Below, piece after piece: positions 1-8,933 of a DNA stretch of 28,783 nt. The position numbers and the translations under genes were made by a program. How positions within the stretch are numbered: position 1 is the first letter of the stretch; each line of letters opens with the position of its first letter. The stretch lies in contig JBBDRO010000068.1 in assembly GCA_040905425.1 (NCBI GenBank), positions 1-28,783 of the forward strand, in the 5' to 3' direction. The stretch is from Gemmatimonadota bacterium (GTDB taxonomy: Bacteria; Gemmatimonadota; Gemmatimonadetes; Longimicrobiales; RSA9). Below the pieces are notes generated by a model. The model was not told where the DNA came from and did not search any database. It saw only the letters and a program-made list of their open reading frames with translations.

Positions 1-231
1 CGCGCGCTACCCTACCTCCTCACCTCCGCTTGATCATGCCCGCATACATGTGTCATAACGACACACGGACGCAAACGGATGAAGACCCCCAATTTTGTCC
101 GGTTGCGGTAGCTACAGCATCGGGCGCAGCGAGGGGCGACGATCCCTGTGCTCACGGCGGGGGCCGGCATGGAGTTTTTTCGAAAGGCTGCACGCGCCCG
201 GTAGGATGGCGGCTCCTACCCGACGCGTCCC

Positions 232-279
232 TTGAGATCGGACCTGACAAATTGTAAATTCACATAACAATCTGTCAGG
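232..279 (+). promoter_or_regulatory. Candidate sigma70 promoter with overlapping inverted-repeat operator upstream of the ATPase gene
   Basis: TTGAGA(232-237)-N17-TAAATT(255-260); inverted repeat CCTGACAAATTGT(243-255)/ACAATCTGTCAGG(267-279), 12/13 match; AT-rich patch in GC-rich DNA; AGGAG before ATG 287. Confidence 0.5.
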
Positions 280-286
280 AGCCGAC

Positions 287-1450
287 ATGATCGCACGGAC
301 CGCCGCAGCGACGCTGAAACGCCTGGCCGGACAGTATCCAGTCGTGGCCCTCACCGGTCCGCGCCAATCCGGCAAGACCACGCTCGCGCGCGCCGTGTTC
401 GGGCACCGCCCCTACGTTTCGCTCGAGGATCCCGACCAGCGGGAGTTTGCCTTAGCCGATCCGCGTGCCTTTCTGCGGCAATTCCCGGACGGTGCGGTCC
501 TGGACGAGGCACAGCGCTGCCCGGAGCTCTTCTCCTATCTTCAGACGCTGGTGGACCTGGACGGGCGCATGGGACGCTTCATCCTCACCGGCTCGCAGCA
601 ATTCGGACTCCTGGCCGGCATCACCCAATCCCTCGCGGGGCGGGTGGCCACGGTCTCCCTCCTACCGTTCTCCTACGGTGAGCTGGCGCGGGCGGATCGA
701 CAGCCCCGGGACCTCGATGCGCTCCTCTACACGGGTCTCTATCCCCCGATCCACGATCGCGCGCTGGAGCCGTCCATCTGGTACGGCAACTATGTGCAAT
801 CGTATGTGGAGCGGGACGTCCGCCAGATGGTGAACGTGCGTGACCTGACCGCCTTCCAGCGCTTCGTCCGACTCTGCGCCGGCCGCATGGGGCAGCTCCT
901 CAACCTTTCCGGCCTCGGCGCCGACGCCGGGATCACACACAACACCGCCAAGGCATGGCTGTCCGTTCTGGAGGCCAGTTACATCGTCCACCTGCTGCCG
1001 TCGCATCATCGCAACTTCCGGAAGCGTGTGGTGAGGGCGCCGAAGCTCTACTTCTTCGATACCGGTCTGGCGGCTTGGCTGCTGGAGATCCGAACGGCCT
1101 CGCAGCTTCGGAGCCACCCGTTGCGGGGAGCCCTGTTCGAGTCCTGGGTAGTGGCGGAGCTGATGAAGAAGCGCTTCAACCGGGGGCAGCGCTCCAACAT
1201 CTTTTACTGGCGCGACCGGAGCGGTCTGGAGGTTGATGTGCTGATCGACGAGGGTGACACGATGATCCCCGTCGAGATCAAGGCGGGCACTACGCTCAAC
1301 TCCGACTTTTTCCAGGGGCTCAGGCGCTGGACAGAGCTGGCCGGGGAGGTGGCCGCCCCCGGGCGCCTGGTCTACGGCGGTGAGCAGCGCCAGTCTCGCG
1401 GCGCCCACGCTGCCATCCCGTGGCAGGAGCTGAGCCACACGGACATCTGA
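287..1450 (+). CDS. AAA+ ATPase (AAA_14 plus C-terminal DUF4143, PD-(D/E)xK-like domain)
   Basis: Walker A GPRQSGKT, Walker B AVLDEAQ, ILTGS, SLAGR, PKLYFFDTGL, GALFES, EVDVL..PVEIK; AGGAG RBS. Confidence 0.9.
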   Translation: MIARTAAATLKRLAGQYPVVALTGPRQSGKTTLARAVFGHRPYVSLEDPDQREFALADPRAFLRQFPDGAVLDEAQRCPELFSYLQTLVDLDGRMGRFILTGSQQFGLLAGITQSLAGRVATVSLLPFSYGELARADRQPRDLDALLYTGLYPPIHDRALEPSIWYGNYVQSYVERDVRQMVNVRDLTAFQRFVRLCAGRMGQLLNLSGLGADAGITHNTAKAWLSVLEASYIVHLLPSHHRNFRKRVVRAPKLYFFDTGLAAWLLEIRTASQLRSHPLRGALFESWVVAELMKKRFNRGQRSNIFYWRDRSGLEVDVLIDEGDTMIPVEIKAGTTLNSDFFQGLRRWTELAGEVAAPGRLVYGGEQRQSRGAHAAIPWQELSHTDI

Positions 1451-1514
1451 CGATCGCGCGAAGCGCATGCGGCCGCATTATGGTGCTCAGGAACCGGGCG
1501 GTGCGGTGGCCGGC

Positions 1515-1532
1515 TATGCTCAATCGTGCATA
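1515..1532. promoter_or_regulatory. Candidate HipB-type operator TATGC-N8-GCATA
   Basis: TATGCTCAATCGTGCATA about 95 nt upstream of the antitoxin; same geometry as the E. coli HipB operator TATCC-N8-GGATA. Confidence 0.5.
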
Positions 1533-1626
1533 TAGGCTTGCGCTTCCGCCCGAAAGGCCCCATTTGTAAGCAAGAACCTGCCTGGCATGCACGCTCACTC
1601 AGGAATCCTCCAACGGGTGCACCGCC

Positions 1627-1905
1627 ATGGAGCCCAATCACGAAGCGGCTTCGGCAAGCGGAAGTCGCACGACGCTACTGGCCGAGGCAGTCCGCGGGCG
1701 GCGGAGGGAACTCGGTCTCCGGCAAACGGAAGTGGCGGATCTAGCCGGTTGCTCCGCACGGTTCGTCCACACCCTCGAGCACGGCAAGGCAAGCCTGCGG
1801 CTGGACAAGATCCTCGACGTCCTCGAGGTGCTCGGTATGGATCTGGCCGTGGTGGCGGGCTGTGGGCGGATCGTCGCTGCCGCCGATGAGGCAGGGGCGC
1901 CGTGA
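1627..1905 (+). CDS. hipB: HipB/Y4mF-like XRE helix-turn-helix antitoxin
   Basis: VRGRRRELGLRQTEVADLAGCSARFVHTLEHGKASLRLDKILDVLEVLG; GTGA overlap with the hipA-like gene. Confidence 0.85.
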   Translation: MEPNHEAASASGSRTTLLAEAVRGRRRELGLRQTEVADLAGCSARFVHTLEHGKASLRLDKILDVLEVLGMDLAVVAGCGRIVAAADEAGAP

Positions 1906-3128
1906 GGCCCCCGGACGACCTGCGTGAGGTCGAGCACGCGAGCGTATTCAAGCAGGGCCTGCTGGCCGGCAGCTTGCGGCGCCGCCCCGACGCCGTGGTG
2001 TTCGCCTACGAGGACGAATACGTCGCCTCGGGGGAAATGCCCGTCGCCTCGACGCTCCCGCTCTCACGCGACCCCGTGGTGACCCACGCCCCGGGTGCCC
2101 TGCCTCCGTTCTTCTCCGGCCTTCTTCCGGAGGGCCGTCGCCTCACGGCGCTGAGGCTGGCCGTGAAGACTTCCGCCGACGACGAGCTGACGCTGCTCCT
2201 GGCCGTGGGGGCGGACGCTGTCGGTGACGTCCAGGTGGTTCCCGAGGGGGAAGAACCCGCTGAGGTCGAGCCCTTCGTGACCGCCTCGGCGTGGCGTGAG
2301 GTCCGCTTCTCCGATCTCTACTCGGCGGCCGTCGGAGGCACGCGGCGCATCGACCGGACCGCGATCGCCGGTGTCCAGGACAAGGTCTCCGCGGCGATGA
2401 TCAACGTTCCGGTGGCGCGGGGGCATGACCGGTACCTGCTCAAGCTGGACCCCCCGGAGTTTCCGCACCTCGTGGCCAACGAGGCGTTCTTCCTCGAGGC
2501 CGCCCGGCGCTCGAGGCTGGAGTGTGCCGGGGCCGAGGTGGTCTTCGACGCCACCGGAGCGTCCGGTCTGCTGGTACGGCGATTCGACCGGATCCCGGAT
2601 GCGTCCGGCACTGTCGCGAGGCTCGCCCAGGAGGACGCCTGCCAGGTGCTCGCGCGCTACCCGGCCGACAAGTACCGTGTCACGACGGAGGCCGTGATCC
2701 AGGCGCTCTCGCAGCTCTGTCGGGCCAGGTCCGTGGCCGCCCTCACGCTGCTCCGCCAGTTTGCGTTCGCATACCTCTCCTGCAATGGAGACGCGCACGC
2801 TAAGAACTTCTCCGTCCGCCGGCTGTCGGACGGAGAGTGGCGCGTCACGCCGGCGTACGACCTGCCGGCGTCCCACCTCTACGGCGACACGACCATGGCC
2901 CTGAGCCTGAACGGCGGCCGCGGCGAGGACATCGGCCGGGAGGACTTCATTGCCCTCGGCGCCGCCGCCGGCCTCCGAGCCCGTGCCGTGGAACGGGCCC
3001 TGGATGAGCTCTGCGAGCGCGTCGACCTCTGGATCGACGAGCTGCCGGTCCTCCCGTTCGACCAGCGGCGGCTGCACAAGCTGCATCGCGCGATCGAGTA
3101 CCGGCGCGGGCGACTGTGGCGGCGGTAG
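1902..3128 (+). CDS. hipA: HipA-family Ser/Thr kinase toxin
   Basis: N-terminal Couple_hipA-like LPPFFSGLLPEG; AGVQDK loop, LLVRRFDR, QEDACQ, catalytic NGDAHAKNFS, PAYD. Confidence 0.92.
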   Translation: MRPPDDLREVEHASVFKQGLLAGSLRRRPDAVVFAYEDEYVASGEMPVASTLPLSRDPVVTHAPGALPPFFSGLLPEGRRLTALRLAVKTSADDELTLLLAVGADAVGDVQVVPEGEEPAEVEPFVTASAWREVRFSDLYSAAVGGTRRIDRTAIAGVQDKVSAAMINVPVARGHDRYLLKLDPPEFPHLVANEAFFLEAARRSRLECAGAEVVFDATGASGLLVRRFDRIPDASGTVARLAQEDACQVLARYPADKYRVTTEAVIQALSQLCRARSVAALTLLRQFAFAYLSCNGDAHAKNFSVRRLSDGEWRVTPAYDLPASHLYGDTTMALSLNGGRGEDIGREDFIALGAAAGLRARAVERALDELCERVDLWIDELPVLPFDQRRLHKLHRAIEYRRGRLWRR

Positions 3129-3312
3129 CGGGAATGGAATACCTCTCACAGTCGCGGCACCCGAGCAACTCGCCGAAGGGCTGACGCGCTACTGCGCCTG
3201 GCCCGGAACGCGCACGTCCTGCATCAGCCACCCCAGCTTTGATCGAAGCTCGGGTCGTCCAGGGGCTCAGCGCCCGTCCGCAGGGGGCGGTGATCGACGC
3301 CGAAACAGGCGC

Positions 3313-3528
3313 TCAGGCGCGACGGCGGCCGATCACCACGAGGACCACCCCAGCGACCAGCACGAGGCCGCCCACAACCGGCGAGATGAAGCCCCGCTCC
3401 TCGGTCGCAATCTCGATCGGGCCCAAGCTGACCTCCTGCCGGTCCCGCACGTAAGACACGCCCTGGAGGGCCACCACGAGGCCGCCCAGGACCATGAGTA
3501 CGGCTCCGATGATCACGATCGGCTTCAT
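3313..3528 (-). CDS. Small two-TM membrane protein (DUF3185-like)
   Basis: MKPIVIIGAVLMVLGGLVVAL..EVSLGPIEI..PVVGGLVLVAGVVLVVIGRRRA; purine-rich RBS before ATG 3528. Confidence 0.75.
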   Translation of the reverse strand: MKPIVIIGAVLMVLGGLVVALQGVSYVRDRQEVSLGPIEIATEERGFISPVVGGLVLVAGVVLVVIGRRRA

Positions 3529-3624
3529 CTCTTCCCCATAGCGTTGTGTGGATCTCAAAGCCGTCCGGCGTTGGTGACCGGCTATCTGGAAAGAGAAGCC
3601 GCGACTTCTGACGCCGCAATGGGG

Positions 3625-3843
3625 TCATGAGTAGAGGTCCAACGGCGGCCTCATGCCACCGCTTCCGACCGGCCAATGGGGAAAACGAAGAAGAAGTAGC
3701 GGTGCCGGTGCTCCTCGAGGAGGTTTACGCTCCGGCGAGCTGAGGCCGGCGCCCTCCCCCCGCTCCGGGTTGCCACGACCCAGATGCTCGTCGAACCAGT
3801 CCAGAATGCGCTCCCAGTAGTTGATCTTGTTCGGCGTCCGCAC
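3625..3843 (-). pseudogene. Remnant resembling the C-terminal helix of an S9 (prolyl oligopeptidase family) peptidase
   Basis: RTPNKINYWERILDWFDEHLG with coding-like codon use; no upstream catalytic domain in frame. Confidence 0.5.
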
Positions 3844-4023
3844 TGTGGATGGCCATATTGCGGCGCAGGATCTCCAGGAACACCTTGGCGTCGGTCACCA
3901 GGCGCTCCCGGCTGGCGATGGCGCGACATCTGCACCGTGCGCCGGCTGCGCGCCGTGCACGGGCGCCAGCCCGGAAGTATCTTCCGGGACGCATCAACCC
4001 GGGACCAGCAGGGCGCTCACTTC

Positions 4024-4470
4024 GTGACCAAGGCACCCCCGTCAGACAGCATGCACACCCGCGCGCGCGAGGTCGAGCGGGAGTTCTCCGCCCTGGAGGA
4101 CTCCATCGCGCGTTACCGCTACCTGGTGGAGCTGGGGGAGCGCATGCCGCGCCTGAGCCAGGCCGAGAAGTCCGACGAAACGCGGCTGCCGGGGTGCCAG
4201 TTCGGCCTCTGGATCCTGACCGATTACGACGCGCAGCGGGACGTGCTCCGCTTCCGCGTGGATAGCGACGCCAAAATCAGCCGCGGTCTCGCGGCCCTGC
4301 TCGTTCGCGTACTGGACGGCCAGCCGCCCGCCGCCATCGCCGGCGCCTCGCTGGACTTCCTGGACACCATCGGCCTGCGCGGCCACCTGAGCGCCAACCG
4401 TACCAACGGCCTGTCGGCCATGATCGAGGAAATCCGCGCGCGCGCGGAACACTACGCAGGGGAGTCATGA
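4024..4470 (+). CDS. sufE: SufE/CsdE-family sulfur acceptor protein (start GTG 4024 or ATG 4051)
   Basis: RYRYLVELG, LPGCQ (persulfide Cys), DSDAKISRGL, LSANRTNGL; ATGA overlap with next gene. Confidence 0.85.
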   Translation: MTKAPPSDSMHTRAREVEREFSALEDSIARYRYLVELGERMPRLSQAEKSDETRLPGCQFGLWILTDYDAQRDVLRFRVDSDAKISRGLAALLVRVLDGQPPAAIAGASLDFLDTIGLRGHLSANRTNGLSAMIEEIRARAEHYAGES

Positions 4471-5738
4471 GCACCGCCACCACCGCCATCTCGACCGCCG
4501 CGCTCGTGGAGCGCCTGGCCGACCCGGCCCACACCGTCATCGACGTCCGTCCGCTGGCCGCCTTCAACGGCTGGCCGCTGGCCGGGGAGGAACGGGGCGG
4601 TCACCTGCCCGGTGCCGTGAGCCTGCCGCTCCAGTGGACCCGCTACGTGGACTGGGTGGAGGCCGTGGAGGCCAAGGGCCTGGACACCGGCCGGCCCGTG
4701 ACGCTCTACGGCTACACCGGGGAGGATGCCCGCGGCATGGCCGGCAAGCTGGGCCGCTTGGGCTTCAGCCAGGTGGATGTCTACGACGGCTTCCTGGACG
4801 AGTGGGTGGCCGACCCCGAACTGCCGCTGCAGCGCCTGGAGCGCTACCGCCAGCTGGTCCATCCCGCCTGGCTGCAGGAGCGGCTGGACGGTGAGGGCGG
4901 CCCACTGGTCCTCTGCCACGCTCACTTCGACAACCCGCCCGATTACGAGAAGGGCCACATCCCCGGCGCCGTGGCGCTGGACACCAACACGCTGGAGTCC
5001 CCCGAAGACTGGAACCGCCGCTCGCCCGAGGAGCTGGAGGCGGCGCTGCTCGCGCTCGGCATCCGCCACGACAGCACGGTGGTGCTCTACGGCCGCTACT
5101 CCCATCCCACCAACGAGCAGCCGGAGCCCGGGCAGAGCGCGGGCCACCTGGCGGCCATGCGCTGCGCCCTGCTCATGCTCTACGCGGGCGTGGAGGACGT
5201 GCGCGTGCTGAACGGCGGCATCCACAGCTGGGAGGAGGCCGGCCACGCCCTTTCTTCGGAAGCGACCCGGCCCGTCCCCGCGCGCGACTTCGGGCGCCAG
5301 ATCCCGGCACATCCCGAGTTCGTGGTGGACGCCCCCGACGCGCGCCGGCTCATTGCCGCCGCGGATGGCGAACTGGTCAGCGTGCGCAGCTGGCGCGAGT
5401 TCATCGGGGAGGTGAGCGGCTACCATTACGTGGAGAAGAAGGGGCGTATCCCGGGCGCCATCTTCGGCAACTGCGGCAGCGACGCCTACCACATGGAGAA
5501 CTACCGCAACCTGGACCACACCATGCGGGCCTTCCCCGAGGTGGCGGCGCTCTGGGCCGAGGCGGGCATCACCCCTGACAAGCACATTGCCTTCTACTGC
5601 GGCACCGGATGGCGGGCCAGCGAGGCGTTCATGAACACCTACCTCATGGGCTGGCCGCGCATCTCCATCTATGACGAGGGCTGGTACGGCTGGAGCTCGG
5701 ATCCGGCGAACCCCATCGAGACGGGGGTTCCGGATTGA
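4467..5738 (+). CDS. Three-domain rhodanese / sulfurtransferase, YnjE-like
   Basis: Three GH(L/I)PGA / GRIPGA rhodanese signatures; active-site loop FYCGTGWRAS; C-terminal YDEGWYGWS..NPIETG. Confidence 0.88.
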   Translation: MSTATTAISTAALVERLADPAHTVIDVRPLAAFNGWPLAGEERGGHLPGAVSLPLQWTRYVDWVEAVEAKGLDTGRPVTLYGYTGEDARGMAGKLGRLGFSQVDVYDGFLDEWVADPELPLQRLERYRQLVHPAWLQERLDGEGGPLVLCHAHFDNPPDYEKGHIPGAVALDTNTLESPEDWNRRSPEELEAALLALGIRHDSTVVLYGRYSHPTNEQPEPGQSAGHLAAMRCALLMLYAGVEDVRVLNGGIHSWEEAGHALSSEATRPVPARDFGRQIPAHPEFVVDAPDARRLIAAADGELVSVRSWREFIGEVSGYHYVEKKGRIPGAIFGNCGSDAYHMENYRNLDHTMRAFPEVAALWAEAGITPDKHIAFYCGTGWRASEAFMNTYLMGWPRISIYDEGWYGWSSDPANPIETGVPD

Positions 5739-5964
5739 GGGGGTAGTGCGGCGCGCCGGACCCGGGCCCCGGGATGAAGGTTGCCCCACACGCGGACCCG
5801 CAGCATCTTGAAGCCTCGTAGCATTCCCATTGAGCAATCTCCCGGGGGCAGGCACGCGCCTGCACCGCCGATTCGATAGCACAGGCCCGGCTTCCACCGG
5901 GACGCAGGCTGGTCGGTATGGCCGAAAACGGCTCTGCGCCGCCTACCCAGTGAGTTGCTCGCCC

Positions 5965-8313
5965 ATGACCGGACTCAAACGCCTCATCCGCGAAGCCCAT
6001 CGCCGCTCCCTCTGGCAGGTGATGGGCATCTACGCGTTCACCTCCTGGGTGATCTACCAGGTGGTGCTGGCTCTGTTCGAGGGGATCGGGCTGCCGCCGT
6101 GGGTGCCGGGCACCGCGCTCGCGCTTCTCCTGGTCGGGCTGCCGATCGTCCTGGCTACGGCCTTCGTGCAGGAGGGAGGGCCCGGCCTCCGGAGCGAGGA
6201 CCGCCTGGATTCCGTAGAAGGCCTGGAGAGCGCGGCCGACGCCGTGGCCGCCGAGCGGCCGCGGACGGTTGATGCGGGCACGGCACAGCGGCCGGACAGT
6301 GAGCCGCGCGGCGCGGCGTTGTTCACCTGGCGGAAGGCCGTGACCGGCGGCGTGCTCGCGTTCGCCTGCCTGGGTCTGGCGGCGAGCGGCTTCATGGGCA
6401 TGCGCAGCATGGGGATCGGCCCCATGGGGACGCTCATCGCGAAGGGCGAGCTGTCGGCGAACGCGCGCATGCTCATCGCTGATTTCGGCGCGCCCGCCGC
6501 CGACTCCTCCACGGCGCTGGCCGTCACGGAGGCACTGCGCATCGACCTGCCGCAATCGCCGGTGATCCGGGTGGTGGACCAGGGGGAAGTCGGACCGGCG
6601 CTGCAGCGCATGGGGCTGGAGCCGACAGCCGCTCTCAGCGAAGCGGTGGCGCGCGAGCTGGCCGTCCGGGAGGGGATCGAGACGGTCCTCATCGGTGAGC
6701 TCAGCCCGCTCGGCACCACCACACAGCTCACCGCCCGCCTCATCGCAGCGGCGGACGGCGCCGTGCTCCTCAGCGTGCGCGAGGTGGCCGGCGGACCCGA
6801 CGAGATCGTCGACGCGGTGGATAGGCTCTCGGCGCGCATCCGGGAGCGGGCGGGGGAGACGTGGAAGTCCATCCGCGCTTCGGAGCCCCTGTTGCAGGCC
6901 ACGACGCGCTCCCTCGAAGCCCTACAGCTCTATTCCCGCGCCCAGCGCGCGGCCGTGCTGGAGGGGGACAATGACCGGGCGGCGGAGCTGCTCGAGGAAG
7001 CACTGGCGCTCGACAGCACGTTCGCCATGGGCTGGCGCAAGTACGGCGTGGTGCTCACCAACGCCGGCCGGCCGCGGGCGGATCGCGTCGAGGCATTCAC
7101 ACAGGCCCTGCGCTATTCCGACCGACTGCCGCCCCTGGAACGCTACACCACCGTGGCGTCCTACTACACCTATGTAGAGTACGACCCGCAGCGGGCCATT
7201 GACGCGTACAACGAGGTGGTCGAACGCGGTATAGCCTACTGGGGCACGTACAACAATCTGGCGTTGCTCTACTATTCGGTCGGCCGATTCGAGAACGCCG
7301 CCGCAGCCATCGATGAAGCCGTGACGCTGAACCCCACCGCGCTCGCGTTCGGGAATCAGGTGGTCCGGCGCGTGTCGGCCGGTGACCGCGCTGGCGCCGA
7401 GCAGGCGCTGGCGCGCAGAATGGATCTCTACCCGGAGCACCCGGACAATCCGTCACTCGCCGTCCGCCTGGCCTACTACCGTGGCCAGCGGGACAGCGTC
7501 CGCATCATCGCCGAGCGCGGCCTCGTGGAGGCCACCCGGGCCACCGATGAGCTGGGGCCGCTCTTCACGCTCTACGAGATGGACGAGCTCGAGGGCCGGC
7601 TGGCCGACGCGCGCAGGCGGGAGGAGCGCGCCAATCGCATCCGGCGGCAGGCGGGTGATCTGGCCGCGATTCACTCGAGCCGGTTGGGGCGGGTCAGTTG
7701 GACCATCATGATGAAGGGAGACCACGACGCGGCGCGCCGGCTCCTGGACGAGGCACTGGCGGAGATTCCGCTGGACTCCATTCCGCCGCTGGACCGCCCC
7801 TATCTCTGGATCGCTGAAGTCGAAGCCATCCTGGGCAACCCGGAGCGGGCCAGGCAGTTGCTCGCCGAGCGCGAGCGCGAGATACCGCCCGAGCTACGCC
7901 AGGGGCGGCGGGCGCGGACCTCCACGGAAGGCATGATTGCACTCACGGAGGGGCGCGAGGAGGAGGCGCTCGAGCTACTGCGGGAGGCCACGCGTGGAAC
8001 CTCGGGCCTGCCGCCCACCTACGGCGACCTGGCCTGGGCGTACGATGTCACGGGGCGGGCGGACTCCGCCATCGCCGCCTATCATCGCTACGAGGATCTG
8101 CAGCACTGGAGCCGGATGGTCAATGACGACCTCTGGCTCCCCCGGGTCTACGAGCGGCTGGCCCGGCTCCACGAGGAGCGGGGAGACCGGGAGGAGGCGG
8201 TGCTCTACTACGCCCGCCTGGTCGATCTGTGGGCCGACGCCGATGCCGAGCTCCAGCCCCGCGTGGAGGCCGCGCGGCGGGCGCTGGCGCAGCTGAGCGG
8301 TGAGGGGCGCTGA
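5965..8313 (+). CDS. Membrane-anchored TPR-repeat protein (N-terminal TM helices, TolB/adenylate-cyclase-associated-like middle region)
   Basis: LIREAHRRSLWQV plus TM segments; TTRSLEALQLY, ALALDSTFAM, C-terminal LVDLWADADAELQPRV; start moved to ATG 5965. Confidence 0.8.
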   Translation: MTGLKRLIREAHRRSLWQVMGIYAFTSWVIYQVVLALFEGIGLPPWVPGTALALLLVGLPIVLATAFVQEGGPGLRSEDRLDSVEGLESAADAVAAERPRTVDAGTAQRPDSEPRGAALFTWRKAVTGGVLAFACLGLAASGFMGMRSMGIGPMGTLIAKGELSANARMLIADFGAPAADSSTALAVTEALRIDLPQSPVIRVVDQGEVGPALQRMGLEPTAALSEAVARELAVREGIETVLIGELSPLGTTTQLTARLIAAADGAVLLSVREVAGGPDEIVDAVDRLSARIRERAGETWKSIRASEPLLQATTRSLEALQLYSRAQRAAVLEGDNDRAAELLEEALALDSTFAMGWRKYGVVLTNAGRPRADRVEAFTQALRYSDRLPPLERYTTVASYYTYVEYDPQRAIDAYNEVVERGIAYWGTYNNLALLYYSVGRFENAAAAIDEAVTLNPTALAFGNQVVRRVSAGDRAGAEQALARRMDLYPEHPDNPSLAVRLAYYRGQRDSVRIIAERGLVEATRATDELGPLFTLYEMDELEGRLADARRREERANRIRRQAGDLAAIHSSRLGRVSWTIMMKGDHDAARRLLDEALAEIPLDSIPPLDRPYLWIAEVEAILGNPERARQLLAEREREIPPELRQGRRARTSTEGMIALTEGREEEALELLREATRGTSGLPPTYGDLAWAYDVTGRADSAIAAYHRYEDLQHWSRMVNDDLWLPRVYERLARLHEERGDREEAVLYYARLVDLWADADAELQPRVEAARRALAQLSGEGR

Positions 8314-8352
8314 GCGGCATGTCGGGTAGCAGCTGTCGGTGGCGGGCGTCTC

Positions 8353-8784
8353 TCAGGCCGGCGCCGCCGCCTCCAGCGCCTGCACTACCAGCTCCGTCAC
8401 CTGCTCGGGCGGCGTGCCCTTCAGGTGTCCGCGCTCGATCATCGTAACCAGCGCCCCACCACTGAAGACGCCGATGCACGGTGAGGACGGCGGGTAGGGC
8501 TCGAAGAGCTCCCGCGCCCGCGCGGTGGCGTCCAGGTCGGCGCCGGCGAACACGCTGCCCATGCGATCCGGCCGCACACGCGGGAGCGCGCCCTCCAGAC
8601 CCGGCCGCATGCTGCCGGCCGCGCACCCACAGATCGAATTCACGATCAGCAGCGCCGTGCCGTCCCCGGCGCCCGCCAAGAACGCGTCCACGTCCTCGGG
8701 CGTGCGCAGTTCCTCCACGCCCAGCCGCGCCAGGTCGGCGCGCATCGGGGCGATCATCATTTCCGGATAGCGGTGCTGCTGCAT
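8353..8784 (-). CDS. BrxA/BrxB family bacilliredoxin (DUF1094)
   Basis: VNSICGCAAGSMRP (CGC motif), SVFAGAD, YPPSSP, IERGHLKG; AGGAG RBS before ATG 8784. Confidence 0.9.
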   Translation of the reverse strand: MQQHRYPEMMIAPMRADLARLGVEELRTPEDVDAFLAGAGDGTALLIVNSICGCAAGSMRPGLEGALPRVRPDRMGSVFAGADLDATARARELFEPYPPSSPCIGVFSGGALVTMIERGHLKGTPPEQVTELVVQALEAAAPA

Positions 8785-8933
8785 GCCAGTCTGCTCCTGT
8801 TGTGGGCGGGTCCGTGGCCGGATACCCGGCTGGCGCCGATCCGTGCCGAAACCGCCATGCGATGATACCGTAGGGCGGCAGGACGTAGCTGTCGAGATCC
8901 CCTGCCGCGTTCGCCTGCCACCATGGAGATCCG

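Noticed and set aside
165..222. GGCATGGAGT...GATGGCGGCTCCTAC resembles a fluoride riboswitch
   Set aside because: P1 pairing is absent, the stretch is better explained by a simple inverted repeat, and the downstream gene is unrelated to fluoride
3160..3195. GCAACTCGCCGAAGGGCTGACGC resembles part of a c-di-GMP-I riboswitch
   Set aside because: Stem and GCAAA/GAAA elements are incomplete, there is no second stem, and no downstream gene lies on that strand
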